A stretch of 64,000 nt of DNA from Eledone cirrhosa (lineage: Eukaryota): the NCBI GenBank assembly GCA_964016885.1, contig OZ024757.1, forward strand, positions 17,484,001 to 17,548,000, given 5' to 3'. Position 1 is the stretch's first letter; each line of letters begins with the position of its first letter. A model generated the notes under the pieces. It made no database searches and was not told the origin of the DNA. It worked only from the letters and a program-made list of their open reading frames with translations. Made by a program: the position numbers and the translations under genes. Positions 40,056 through 58,370 of this stretch are shown here, piece by piece.

Positions 40056-40234
40056 CTCATCTCTTGCTCTTTCTCTTTCTCTCTCTGTTTCTGTAACTAC
40101 ACCATGTATGGAATTAAGCAGATTTTTCCATTTATTTTGTCTCCCACTGCTGCCTCTTGTTGACACCACTCTGTGTTGCTATAGTAACTGTGCGAAAGTT
40201 AATCAATGTTTAGCAGTATATATATGTATATATG

Positions 40235-40265
<31 letters not shown>

Positions 40266-40281
40266 ATACATATATATATAT

Positions 40282-40352
<71 letters not shown>

Positions 40353-40365
40353 TATACTGCTATAT

Positions 40366-40398
<33 letters not shown>

Positions 40399-40451
40399 CA
40401 TATATATACTGCTATATATATATACATATACATATATACATATATATACTG

Positions 40452-40496
<45 letters not shown>

Positions 40497-40510
40497 CATA
40501 TATATACTGC

Positions 40511-40542
<32 letters not shown>

Positions 40543-40597
40543 TACATATATATACTGCTATATATATATATATATACATATATACATATATATACTG

Positions 40598-40647
<50 letters not shown>

Positions 40648-43448
40648 TTATATATATATATATACAATACATACATCTGTATATTTATATATATGTATGT
40701 ATGTATATATATAAATATATACATACATATATATAAATATACATATGTATGTATATATATATATATATACACATATATATCATATTATATTGTTTTAGAA
40801 TCAGTCATGTTTTCTTCACCGATGCTTCTGTATTGAGATTTGTAACGCTTTCTTTCAATTTCTGTCATTCTTTTAAAATTTTTCTCCAAATATCGGTAAA
40901 ATGAATGCTTCAATCTAACTAGAAACAACAGCAAGAGCAACAACAACAACAACTACTAATTTAAAATCTGTCTGTCTGTCTTTTGCCACACATTCATTAT
41001 ATTCTGCATGGTTCTGTTTCCTTTTCTTGTTTTCTGGAATACCTGACATGGTTCTGTTCTGTGACCCCTTTTATAATAATTTTTCATTTCGGATTTGATT
41101 GAAAAGTTGAAATATATCATAGACCTTACTTTCCCTTACAAATATTTTGTCTGATTTTTACAGTTGTTAATTTTCTTGAATCCCTAAATCTGTAATGAAG
41201 TATAATAGTGCTGCTCACCTCTTCTCACCATAGTTTTTAAACACACTGATTTAATAATTTCCAGTCTTGTTAAACATTCTCTATGTTAATTTTCTGAACC
41301 ATTTCGTCTGTAATAGTTTGAATTCTCTTCTTTATGCTGTGTACCCATGTATGCGTCTTTAGCTGGGAATCAACTCATAAAATCCCTTCTGTTTCTTGCT
41401 CTATGCCACCAAATTCATGCCAAACACAGTTATATAATTGTTTCTACTTTAGGCACAAGGCCAGCAATTACCCAATGCATTACTGGTACTTTATTTTATC
41501 GACCCCGTAAGGATGAAAGGCAAAGTCAACCTCGGCGGGATTTGAACTCAGATCGTAAAGTTAGACGTAACTATGCTGGAAAGCGTGGCGTCCGACCTCT
41601 ACTGATACTGCCAATCTACCGCAGTTATATAATGTTATATAATGTCACTAGCCTTAACATCTGTGCGATATTCTTCTTTCTTTCTAGTAACGATTGCAAT
41701 GACTAATGTATATTTGGGAGGTAGAGCTGTTTGATTAAACCAGGTGGTGGATTGATAAAACAAGAGCCAGTGTCGGAGCAGATATTAATCTTTAATCTTA
41801 AAGTGTTGTACATTATTAGGCATAATGTATTGTATCATATAATGCCTTATACCTTATACTACGTTACATTTTATACCATATAGTACCACATACCTTATAA
41901 TGTATTATAGCTTATACCATATAAGGTATGACATATACCATATACCTTATATAGTATAATGCACTGTATCATATAATGATTTATACCTTATAATACCATA
42001 TTCCATAGAATACTCCTGGTAGAGTTGTAGGGACACTGTATTGACATATGGTGTTTCTTGGGCATTTTAAGCTTGGTGGAGCCCATCCTTCTCCTGGACT
42101 GAGTACAGCAGATTTCTTACAGAGAAAGATAGAAAGTAAGAGAGAGGAAACGAGAAAGAATCGACCCCAGTACATAACTGGTACTTTTTTTATTGAGCTC
42201 AAAGGGATGAAAAGCAAAGTCGACCTTGGTGGGATTTGAACTCCAAGAGCAGAGAGCCAGAATGAATACCATAAAACATTCTATCTGATGTTCTAACAAC
42301 TTTGCCAATTCTCTGCCTCTATAATCCCATAGGCCTTATAATGTATTATGCCATATAAGGTATAATTCACTGTACATTATACCTTATACTGCGGTGGATT
42401 GGCAGTATCAGTAGAGGGTCGGACGCCATGCTTTCCAGCATAGTTACGTCCCTTTACGATCTGAGTTCAAATCCCGCCGAGGTTGACTTTGCCTTTCATC
42501 CTTACGGGGTCGATAAAATAAAGTACCAGTAATGCACTGGGTAATTGCTGGCCTTGTGCCTAAAGTAGAAACAATTATACCTTATACTGCCTTATAATTT
42601 AACTCTTTAACATTCAAACTGGCCATATCCGGCCAGAATTCTCTCACCTCTTTCCGTTCAAACTGGCTGTAACCACCCACTCATACTGCTGTTAAGGTAT
42701 TATTGTTCTCAAAATAAATAATATCAAAATCTCATAGATTCGATACTATGTGAGGTAAAGCTTTTACCACGAAAATACAATAGTAAATATAGATTAATGT
42801 AAATGCTAAACAGTTAAACGTTATATTGTATAAAACCATGTACTTTATAATGCACAATGTCTTATAAGGTATAATACAATTACACCTTACAATTATACTA
42901 TATATTGCTTTCAGCCTTATAATGTATTATACCTAAGGTGCATGGCTTAGGGGTTAGAGCATTGGATTCACAATTGTGAAGTTGTGAGTTTGATTCCAGG
43001 ACCGGATGATGTGTTGTGTTCTTGAACAAGACACTTCATTTCACACTGCCTCAGTTCATTCAGCTGTAGCAAGGAGTTGTGACATCACTGGTGCCAAGAT
43101 GTATCATCAGCCTTTGCTTTTTCCTTAGAAAACATTAGATATAGTGTTTATACACTATATATATATATATTTATAAATATGAAAAATTCAGCACCTCGAT
43201 GGCTGAGCTCCAGCTGTTTCAACAGCTCTAGCTGTTGAAACAGCCGGAGCTCAACCATCGGAGTCCTGATTTTTTCATATTACCCACTCTACTACTCCAA
43301 GTATCGAGTACTCTGGTGAGTTATGGTGTGTAACTGGTTTGTACCACTTCTATTCTGATATATATATATATATATTCAATTCAATATATTTGGCAGAAAT
43401 TAAAACAGATGCTTCAGATGCTATGTAAGGAGGAGAGGGGGACAACAT

Positions 43449-44521
43449 TTACACATTCCGAAACACAGTGGTCCAACACCGGTCCAATGTCACCTTGAAT
43501 TGTTGCATGGTTGACGCGTTGACTACTTCTTCTGGAAGCCGATTCCAGAGTCCAGAGATGCAGATCGAGAAAGCAGCTTTCCGTCTATTTGGGCCATAGC
43601 GGTGGTGAAACAGCTTTTTGTCATGTCCACGTAGGCTCCTTTCAAGTGCCGGAGTTAATAGGAGATCTTGAGGGAGATCGTAATGGCCATTGAAGTGATT
43701 GTAAGCCAAAATGAGATCGCCTCTTAGCTGTCGACGCTCCAAGGAGAAGAGGTTCAGCTTCTGCAGCCGGCTTTCGTAGGGCAGCTCATGAAGACCCTGT
43801 ACCATTCGAGTCGCTAGTCGTTGAACTCTCTCCAAGTGATGGATATCCCAGATGAGATATGGGTTTGATGCTTGGATGCCATATTCTAGGTGCGGTCTCA
43901 CAAGGGTGACATAGAGAAGCCCGAAAATTTCTGGAGTGAGTTTGGCAAAGGAGCGTCGAATAAGAAAAAGAGAGCTCCTTGCCTTGTTTGCGGCTTGAAT
44001 GCAATGTTTTGATGGTTTGAAGGACGAGTCGACCAGCAGACCAAGATCTTTAGTCTCCTCAACCTCCTTCAAAGGAGCAGTGCCATCATTGAAGGTAAGA
44101 GCTAAGTTATAAGGTGTACCCACTGCCATATGGCAACACTTATCGACATTGAGGTATAAATCCCAGTCAATGGACCAACTCCAGGCGCGCTGGAGGCTGG
44201 ACTTGAGATTGTCGATCTCGCTCCTACAGGCTACCATTTTCACATCATCTGCAAATAGGAGCACGTTTCCACCAATCACGTCTGGCATGCCGTTGATGTA
44301 TAGATGGAAGAGAATTGGGCCCAACACAGAGCTCTGGGGAACGCCATTGCCTACACCCACCCCCGATGACAGACTGCCATTGATCCGAACTCTGCAAGTA
44401 CGACTCTCAAGAAATTATCCAATCCACTTTATAATCGAGTCATGGAGACCCGTAGTTGCTGAGCTTATACAGGAGCAGGCGGTGGTTGACAGAGTCAAAG
44501 GCTTTGGCGAAGTCGAGAAAG
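43449..44521 (-). mobile_element. 5'-truncated CR1-type LINE RT (frameshifted near its start)
   Basis: FLDFAKAFDSVNH, GVPQSSVLGPILF, LFADDVK, KDLG, VRPHLEY, LERVQRLATR, LRGH, WNRLP. Confidence 0.92.
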
Positions 44522-44552
<31 letters not shown>

Positions 44553-44555
<3 letters not shown>

Positions 44556-46186
44556 TTGTCGACTTGGAGAAAGCCTTCGACAGAGTCCCCCGCTCCATTA
44601 TCTGGTGGGCTCTTAGAAAACTAGGCGTTGACGAATGGCTTGTGAGGGCTATACAAGCCATGTATAAAGAAACAGTCAGCAAGGTTAGAATTAACAACGA
44701 ATATAGTGAAGAGTTTAGCGTAAAAGTTGGCGTCCATCAGGGCTCTGTTCTCAGTCCACTACTATTTATTATTGCCCTTCAGGCTATAACAGAGGAGTTC
44801 AAGACAGGCTGCCCATGGGAACTCCTATACGCAGACGACCTGACACTCATAGCGGAATCAATGGCCGAGCTAGAGAAGAAATTCCAAACATGGAAGCACG
44901 GCCTAGAGTCAAAAGGACTTAAAATTAACCTGGCTAAGACCAAAGTACTAGTTTGTAGGAAAGAAAACAAGGCGGCGGTCCCTTCTGGGAAATGGTCGTG
45001 CTCGGTGTGTAGGAAAGGCGTAGGTAGAAACTCCATCTTATGTCCTAAATGCAAAGTATGGGTGCATAAAAGATGTAGTGGGATCACAGGTAAGCTAACT
45101 AAGAACATAGATTTTACATGTGGCCGGTGCTCTGGTGCAATAAGTAGCAGCAAGTGCCCACAAACTACTAGCTCTTTCAATTGCGCAGAGGGTTCTATAG
45201 AAATAGTGGACAGCTTCCGTTACCTGGGCGATAAAATCAGCAGTGGGGGAGGGTGCTCTGAAAGTACTGTAGCTAGAGTCAGAACTGGTTGGAAAAAGTT
45301 CAGAGAGCTTATACCACTATTAGCTGCTAAAGGGTTCTCACTAAAAATGAAAGGCAGGTTGTACGATGCCTGCATACGAACAGCAATGCTGCATGGCAGT
45401 GAGACCTGGGCATTGTGTGCAGAGGATATACGCAGACTAGAGAGGAACGAAGCTTGCATGCTCCGCTGGATGTGTAACAGTAATATACGTGAACGGCAAA
45501 GCATAAACGAACTAAGGAAAAAATTAGAGATAAGAGGGATCAGATGTTGTTTACTCGAGAGAAGGCTACGTTGGTATGGACACGTGATGCGCATGAAAGT
45601 CGATAGCTGTATAACAAAGTGCAGGGCAATAAAGATAGACGGTAGTCACGGAATAGGCAGACCTAGAAAAACCTGGGACGAGCTGATAAACTCCGACATC
45701 GCACACTTACACCTCTCCAAGACAATGTCACTGGACCGAGACCTTTGGCGGTACTCAGTAACAGAGAAGACCCACCTTACCTAAATATATAGTAAAACCT
45801 ACTCCAGCCAGTAGGCATCTCTAACAAAATACACCCCGTCCCACCACCACCACCCCCACCCGATCCACACCACCCCGTTCTATGTAAAGTTATGTTGGTG
45901 CCGCGCCATCGAGGCCGAAACAAATGAGATCGTGTAGGTGTCACGACAAAAAAACACACAGTCCACGCTGTAATGTGGCCGTGTAGGCAACACGGTAAAA
46001 ACCTCCCAGACCCACACTGTAAATGTGGTTGGTGTTAGGAAGGGCATCCAACTGTAGAAAACCTGCCAGACAGTCCTATGCGAGCAAGACAATCACTCTT
46101 GCCTCAAGTGGGACTACCCCCGTCCAAACCCATGCAAGCATGGAACACGGACGTTAAACGTTGATGATGATGATGATGATGATGAT
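44553..46186 (+). mobile_element. 5'-truncated RTE LINE (ORF to 45784, 3'UTR, (GAT)n tail)
   Basis: FVDLEKAFDRV...LYADDL...PHD-type Cys cluster...GRPRKTW. Confidence 0.95.
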
Positions 46187-46197
46187 ATACATACACA

Positions 46198-46267
<70 letters not shown>

Positions 46268-46286
46268 TACATACACACATATATAT

Positions 46287-46336
<50 letters not shown>

Positions 46337-46361
46337 GCACATATATATATACACACACACA

Positions 46362-46400
<39 letters not shown>

Positions 46401-46632
46401 GTATGTAAATATATACACTGTGATATGCAGAAGAGAGACTGGTTTGCATGGGCAACTGCTGCTCTTCCACAAAAACACCTTACCCAGATTTGTACCTCAG
46501 AAGTGGAACTTTCTATATGCAAATCTCATTGTCATTCATGACGAAAGGGGGTTTTTACCCTTACCTTATAATATATTATACCTTATAATGCATTATATCA
46601 CATAATTCCATCATCATCATATTATATATCAT

Positions 46633-47069
46633 GAGACCCAAGATGACTTGGGATGAGGTGATAAAAGCCGACCTTACCCAACTACACCTCTCAAAGACAA
46701 TGACACACGACCGTGACTTCTGGCGTCACGCAGTAATACAGGGTACACGACCTCCCATGGGTACATGCTGAAGCATATAAACAATATGCCCCCACTCCCC
46801 CCACCGCAAGGTGGTCGTGGAGGTGCCACGGCAAAAAAAGCACCCAGCCCACACTGTAAAGTGGACGTGTAGGCGCCACGAAAAAGCACCCAGCACTCAC
46901 TGTAAATGAGGTTGGTGTTAGGAAGGGCATCCAGCTGTAGAAATCAAGCCAGATCAGTTCCTGTATGAGCAAGGCATGGTCAGCCGACCAGACACTGCCC
47001 ACAACAGGACAACCCGTCTAACCCATGCTAGCGTGGAAGAACGGACGTAAAACGGTGATGATGATGATG
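46633..47069 (+). mobile_element. RTE 3' fragment nearly identical to 20102-20545
   Basis: Direct sequence identity. Confidence 0.9.
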
Positions 47070-47484
47070 CATAGAAATTTATTTTTATGAGGCAACAAAA
47101 ACAGTTAATACCAGGAAGAGCTTTGAGCTATAAAATATTATTTCAATATGATCCCATAATGACCATAAAGCCTTTCATAGGGATCACAAGGCTATTTCCC
47201 ACTGTAGCTGTGACAAATGATTGTAATATTCTTATTATTGTTGCTGTTCCATTTCAGATTTTGAAAATATGTTGCCTGGAATTTTGTTATAAGGGGACGT
47301 TGTTTTTTAAATAGATAATCTCTTTGAGGAATACTAGTTTCCCTGCAATAATATCGTTTCAGTAATGGCTGCCTTCGTTTGAAACAAATATTATACACAT
47401 GCACAGACACACATACATATATAAACATACATACACATATATATATATATATTATTTATATATCATATATATATTATATATATC

Positions 47485-47538
<54 letters not shown>

Positions 47539-47574
47539 ATTTATTATTTGTAAAGATTTATTTATGGGTTTATA

Positions 47575-51143
<3,569 letters not shown>

Positions 51144-52900
51144 TAACCTTTATCGAGTCCCCTTTGGATGTTGGTCTTTGTATCATTGCTATATGTGTGT
51201 GTGTAAATGTATGTATATAAACGTATGTATATACATACAATATATAATTTGATTTTAAGCCTTTCAGTTATGCCGCTAGCACGATTCGAACTCAAGCATG
51301 CCGCCTTCCTTCACCATGTTTAGTGCTGAATTTTATTATTTATTTTATTTATTTTAAAATGCTTTTTTTTTTAGATGTTTCAAATTGAATTTTCTCATAA
51401 GAAGAATGCAATATTGTTTGAGAGTAACCTCCCTTAGATATAATACAGGGGAGATAATTCTACTCTTGTGTTTTTATTTTTCAAATGTCAACCATCTTTG
51501 TTATGATTTAATTTGAAATATTTCAGCTATGAAATTTATGTAGTGAGTTGTTACAACGTCGGAAAGAATGCCTTGCGGTATTTGTTCCGCCTCTCTGCAC
51601 TCTGAGGTCAAATCCTGCCGAGGTCGAGTTTACTTTTCGATGTCAGTAAAAGAAGTACTGGAGTCGATTCTGCCTCTCTATCTTTTTAACTTCCACACAC
51701 ACACACACACTAGACAAGCATAAGATACTTAACTTATGGACTTATATACCCTATCATCAATAGTATTAGCCTGAACAAATGTGCATAGAAATAGTATTTA
51801 TGTCGGTAGTTAATTAATCTGTGTAGATACTAAATGCGCTTTACAGCCGATATATGATAAGGTTATATATGAAGCGAAGTTTATTTGTTGTGGAAGGAAA
51901 AACGAATACAGCAAATTTGGTTTAATATACACACAGACACGTCGGACGGGGAGATCTCCCACCCACTCTGGGAGTGGGTGAGAGATGTGTTGTGAAAATG
52001 GGTATATCTTTTATTATGTAAAACCTCCCCATTTTGCATCATTTCTCCCCGTTTTAGGGCACTTTTTTTTTGTTTTGTGTTCTTAGAGGTTGGCAGGTCG
52101 ATATATAGCTTTACTTCACCTCACAAAAGGGAAAGATACGACTGCTTGAAATTCTCAATACAATCGATGATTATAATGTTCAATAAGCATTAGTTTGCAT
52201 TAGACAGCAGTTGTGCTGCCACAGAAATATTTATAGTCAACCTTATGTAGCAAACTGTTGTCAAACAGGCGACGTGTGAGAGAATGTGTCCCTGGGGTCA
52301 AACGACAGCCTCTTGTTTATAATTATCGCGAGTTACTTTTACAGAAAACAGATGGCGCCATGAGTCTTTCCACAAGTGTCAATATTTTTGTAGTCGTGAC
52401 CATCAGTGAAAACATTTCCTTCGCTACAATATATACAGAACAGAAATCACCGAGATTGCATAAATGTGTATATAAATCTACACATGTTTAATATATACAC
52501 ATGTAAACATGCCAAATATACGTATTTCTCTGTCAATCGAAAAAAAAAATAATAAACACCTTTAACAGCTTTTTAAATCTAGTCAGGCTTTCATCTGGTG
52601 AAACTCCAGAGTAACAAGACTCACTATTTCGTCTTAATAAAATGAATATTTAAACTCTTGAGTACCCTTTCCTTTTAGCTGTCAGCTACATATGGATGGA
52701 TATATATATATATATATATATATATAATGTAGGAGGTGAGTTTTATTGTAGTACAATAAAGCAATGCAGATATCGGATAAGAAGCACTCTACAGTTTGTA
52801 GGACTGGAGTATACATAATATAAGATCAAAAGATATGATATGTTGATTTAAAACTGCACTAACCACAAGTGTTTTTTAGCCTTCATATCATGTTCTCCTG

Positions 52901-52967
52901 TTTTATCTGATGAAAACACAAATATTATTGCATGATGATGTTTGTTTTTGAAATGCGCATAATAAAA
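52901..52967 (+). ncRNA. Type-I hammerhead motif with palindromic stem III
   Basis: ttttat-CTGATGA-aaacacaaat...tgtttgttttt-GAAA-TGCGCA-TA-ataaaa. Confidence 0.65.
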
Positions 52968-52999
52968 TACATGGAACTCCTTTAACCATCTTTTGATCT

Positions 53000-53035
<36 letters not shown>

Positions 53036-53039
<4 letters not shown>

Positions 53040-53432
53040 GTTTGAATATGTGTAATAAGGCCAAAGCAATGCAGGTATGGACATAGAAAAAAGAATGCAA
53101 TAGTGAAAGATATTGATGAGAATTCGTCTTTCACCTTGAATTTATTTAAATGTCCTTAATTTTCGAGATAATATCTCTTCTTCGGAGGGAAGTAAAGGTC
53201 TCAAACCAGCGTCTTTAAATCTCTAGCCAAGCATGGCTTGGCTAGAGATTTAAAGACGCTGGTTTGAGACCTTTACTTCCCTCCGAAGAAGAGATATTAT
53301 CTCGAAAATTAAGGACATTTAAATAAATTCAAGGTGAAAGACGAATTCTCATCAATATCTTTCACTATTGCATTCTTTTTTCTATGTCCATACCTGCATT
53401 GCTTTGGCCTTATTACACATATTCAAACGTTT
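53036..53432. mobile_element. Apparently perfect ~197-bp-arm palindrome with a hammerhead-like motif in each arm
   Basis: Centre agccaagc-atg-gcttggct (53234); motif cct-CCGAAGA-a-gagat/atctc-GAAA-ATTA-agg at ~53280-53314. Confidence 0.8.
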
Positions 53433-53476
53433 ATACCTCATTACACAATGCTTCAAGTGAACTATAACCTTCTCCT

Positions 53477-53513
<37 letters not shown>

Positions 53514-53556
53514 AAGTATAATATATATATATATAAGTATACATAATATATATATA

Positions 53557-53762
53557 GAAATGAGATGATAGGGACTGGGGTCCATATCATTCCACTGCAA
53601 AGTGGTCGTGGAGGTGCCCCGGCAAAAAAGCACCCAGCACTCACTGTAAATGAGGTTGGTGTTAGGAAGGGCATCCAGCTGTAGAAATCAAGCCAGCATC
53701 AATGCCCGTCCCACCCTTGCAAGCAGGGAAAAACGGACGTAAAATGAAATGATGATGATGAT
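53557..53762 (+). mobile_element. 3' half of SINE type B
   Basis: agaaatgagatgatagggactgggg...tail...(gat)n. Confidence 0.8.
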
Positions 53763-54460
53763 CATATATATATATTCTATCTAATATAGTGTGACAGACC
53801 AGCACTGTTGTGTCTCTCATATTACCATCTGGTTATTGATAACATTATAACTCTAACGACAGGCCTCAACATGAAAGTTTTCTGAAGATTAAATCTAAAC
53901 CTCTCAACCATTTTCCCACCAGCAAGGATCTTCCGATCAATAATTGTTTATATATATATATATATATATCCAAAATTAAATTAAGGGTGTCATGTCTGAG
54001 AGACATACGCCATATCCACTGTAGAATATGCTCAAAGATTCCACTCTACAAATTATTCTGTGATTGTTTCATATGTTTATTTTATACATATATATATATA
54101 TATGCCAATCAATTTCTAGTTGATATATATATGTATTTGTTTGTTTGTTTTTTTTATTGATTCATTGATCACATTGTTTGTTGTTGTTACTAGTTTTATT
54201 TCTTAACTACATCATAGGTAACTGCGCACACCTCTTAACTACACTATATACACATACATATATATTTCTCTCTCACTATATATATGTGTGTGTCTATATA
54301 TAATTGTAAGTATATTTGTGTATAGATTTATATGAATTGAAATAAATATATATACACATACATACATAGAAATATATATATATATATATATGCACATATA
54401 TACCTATATACAAAATATATATATGGGTGTGTATGTATACATATATATATGTATATATGC

Positions 54461-54493
<33 letters not shown>

Positions 54494-54642
54494 AATACAC
54501 ACATACCCACCTCTTCTCCTCCTATATATATATATATGCATGTATATATTTTCCCACCTCCCATACAACAGATATCCATGTGTAAAAACAGAACAAAACA
54601 AACCCCTCCACTGATGTTTCTCAATTTCTCTGTCGTTTGCAG

Positions 54643-54842
54643 GAGGTTTGGCAATGTACCATTCGAAATACGGAATGGAATATGAATTCGGGATGCAGGT
54701 GGAAGAGGAGTTAAATGCAGCAAAGCATGACAAGAAAGTGAATAACACTGCTCAGGACACGGACATTTTTCAACTAACTCCAGCCGATGATCATGACCTC
54801 ACGTCATGGTCGAATGTCTCTGGCACTGACCTTCTATTTTAG
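54643..54842 (+). CDS. TPRN-like: Terminal coding exon of the same gene ([10 protein letters not shown]...[23 protein letters not shown])
   Basis: Acceptor ...tttctctgtcgtttgcag|GA in phase 1, matching the donor at 23852; GL..Y..K and LTPA..DL......LF resemble the taperin C-terminus (GLSSYTPK...LTPASQNDLSDF...ALYF, from memory); TAG at 54840-54842. Confidence 0.8.
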
Positions 54843-55440
54843 ATTCAGTTTCATCCTCTTACAAATACAACACACACACCCCCCAACCTTTTTTTTAAAA
54901 AAAAACATGCTTATTATTTTCATTATTATTATTATAACGAATTGGAAATAATTATTATAATTATTATTATTAGAAATTGTTATTACTATTATTTTTAATA
55001 ATAGTAGTTTCTGATTTAGGCACTGGGTCAATAATTTTGTGGGGGGTGGGGTAGTCGATTAAATCGACCCCAGTGCATTACTGGTACTATATTTTACTGA
55101 CACTGTATGGATGACAGGCAAAGCTCACTTTTGAGGGATTTGAACTCAGAACGCAAAGGGACGTAACTCTATGCCACAAAGCATGTTGTCTGATGCTCTT
55201 CCGATTACTGCCAATGCACCTCCCTATAATAATAATAATAATAATGGACAGAATCGTGGGTTGGCAGAGCATCCGATAAAACGCCATTACTGTTTGTTCC
55301 TGCTCTTTAGATTTCTCAGTTTGAATCCCACCAAAGTCAACTTTGCCCTTCATTCTCCCAGGGAGGGATCATGGGTTTGGGGTGTCTATATCATGCCCCC
55401 CCCCCCGTCAAATACTGACTTTTTACCAATATTAGAAAGA

Positions 55441-55474
<34 letters not shown>

Positions 55475-55524
55475 TCGATGACCCTAATTATTATTATTTT
55501 TATTACTACTACTACTACTACTGC

Positions 55525-55556
<32 letters not shown>

Positions 55557-55904
55557 TTTATAATCAAATTCTATGATGGATAATTTAATTGTTGTTGTCT
55601 TGTTGTTGTTGTTGTTGTTGCTGTTCATGTTGTTATTGTTGTTTCTCTTTTTTTTTTTAATTTTATTTTTAAAAAAGGAAAGCCCCCCCCCCCCCAAAAA
55701 AAAATTAATAATTTTCAACAACTGTACATACTTTTGTCCTCCTCTGCCACCAACCCCGACACCACCTGCTTCACACACACACCCTCTTCTTCCGCTTCCT
55801 CGGCCTCCTCCTCCTCCTCTGTTTCCTCTTACTGCCAGGTGAGGCCTACATGTGTCGCCTGGCTCATTGTCACACAAAATATCTGCCTTGTTTGTACAAC
55901 ACAC

Positions 55905-57265
55905 ACAGACAGACACATACACACATACTACCACACAGATACATACTACCACACACAGACATACACATACACACACAGACAGACACATACACACATACTA
56001 CCACACAGACACATACACACATACTACCACACACAGACATACACACACAGACAGACACATACACACATACTACCACACAGACACATACACACATACTACC
56101 ACACACAGACATACACATACACACACAGACAGACACATGCACACATACTACCACACAGACACATACACACATACTACCACACAGATACATACTACCACAC
56201 ACAGACATACACATACACACACAGACAGACACATACACACATACTACCACACAGACACATACACACATACTACCACACACAGACATACACATACACACAT
56301 ACTACCACACAGACACATGCACACATACTACCACACAGACACATACACACATACTACCACACAGATACATACTACCACACACAGACATACACATACACAC
56401 ACAGACACACATACACACATACTACCACACAGACACATACACACATACTACCACACACAGACATACACATACACACACACACAGACAGACACATACACAC
56501 ATACTACCACACACAGACATACACATACACACACAGACAGACACATACACACATTACCACACACAGACATACACATACACACACAGACAGACACATACAC
56601 ACATACTACCACACAGACACATACACACATACTACCACACAGACACATACTACCACACAGATACATACTACCACACACAGACATACACATACACACACAG
56701 ACAGACACATATACTACCACACACAAACATACACAAACACAAACACACAGACACATACACACAGACAGACACATACACACATACTACCACACAGACATAC
56801 ACATACACACACAGACAGACACATACACACATACTACCACACAGACACATACTACCACACACAGACAGACACATACACACATACTACCACACAGACACAT
56901 ACTACCACACACAGACATACACATACACACACACACAGACACATACACACAGACAGACACATACACACATACTACCACACAGACACATACTACCACACAC
57001 AGACATACACATACACACACAGACAGACACATACACACATACTACCACACACACAGACAGACATATACATACACACATACTACCACACAGACAAACACAC
57101 ATACTACCAAACACAGACATACACACACTACAACCCACAGACATATACATACGACCACACACATACAGACATACTGCCACACACAGATACTACCATTCGC
57201 ACACTACCACACAGACATACTACCAAACACACACTACCACACACACTCTACCACACACAGACACT
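55905..57265. repeat. CA-rich complex minisatellite (cacacatactaccacacagacacata)n, probably in the 3'UTR
   Basis: Tandem variant units. Confidence 0.9.
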
Positions 57266-57759
57266 ACTACCTCCCTCCCCCCCCCCCCCAACATTATCTC
57301 AACTCTCTTTCAATCCAGACCCACCTCCACCCAATATATTATGGTTCTTCCTTTGAACACATTTACACAGACGCATCATCATAAACAATAAATGCACACA
57401 CATATAGACACACACACACATATACATAGACATACACAAATACAGACACACACACACACATATATACATAGACATACACACACATACATAGACATACACA
57501 TACATAGACATCTATATATATATATATATCTAAGCAGTGATATAGAAATGTCTGGTAGTCTAGATAAGAATAAACTTAGTAAGAATAAGATTAAAGATGA
57601 AAACTTTGAAATTAAAACATTTGATATTTGTAATATTTTATCAACCCTTGTCATAGGTAAACATTTATTTGATGTCTATTTTCCATGGGTTAGATTACAT
57701 GTTATGAGGATAGACAGCTCAGGTGACCATGTCTTTCTCATATGCTCTATTTTGTGCTT

Positions 57760-58370
57760 GGTTTTCTATGGTTGGATGCTTTTCCTAATGTCAACCTCTT
57801 ACTAGTGTGTACTGGGGCCTTTTTTTTTCGTGGCACCACTGCTACCACTTTACAGGGTGCTTTTTTCTAGTGGCACTAGAATGACCACCTTACAGGGTGG
57901 ACTGGGTGCATTTTTGTCATGGCACCACTATGACCACCTTACAGGGTGGACTGGGTGCTTTTTTGGTCATGGCACCACTATGACCACCTTACAGGGTGCA
58001 CTGGGTGCTTTTTTTGTCATCGCACCAGTATGACCACCTTACAGGGTGCACTGGGTGCTTTTTTTTGTCATCGCACCAGTATGACCATCTTATAGGGTGG
58101 ACTGACTGGGTGCTTGTTTTGTCATGGTGCCAGTTATAACCACTTTACAGGGTGGACTGGGTGCTGTTTTGTCATCGCACCAGTATAACCATTTTACAGG
58201 GTGGACTGGGTGCTTTTTTGTCATGGTGCCAGTTATAACTACCTTACAGGGTGCTTCTTTTGTCGTGGCACCAGTGTAACCACCTTACAGAGTGAACCAA
58301 GTGTTTTTTGTTGTTACACCAGCACTACTGCTTTACAGAGTGGACTGAGTGTATTTTATTACGTCACCAG
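57760..58370 (-). repeat. ~49-bp tandem array derived from the RTE 3'UTR repeat unit
   Basis: tgaccaccttacagggtggactgggtgcttttttgtcatggcacca is the inverse of RTE 3'UTR ggtgccacggcaaaaaagcacccagcccacactgtaaagtgg. Confidence 0.75.

Noticed and set aside
46431-46590. Possible exon encoding MGNCCSS lipidation motif
   Set aside because: Weak acceptor context, no homology, short
55734-57391. His/Thr-rich 510-540 aa ORFs
   Set aside because: CA-rich minisatellite open in all three frames, downstream of the stop codon
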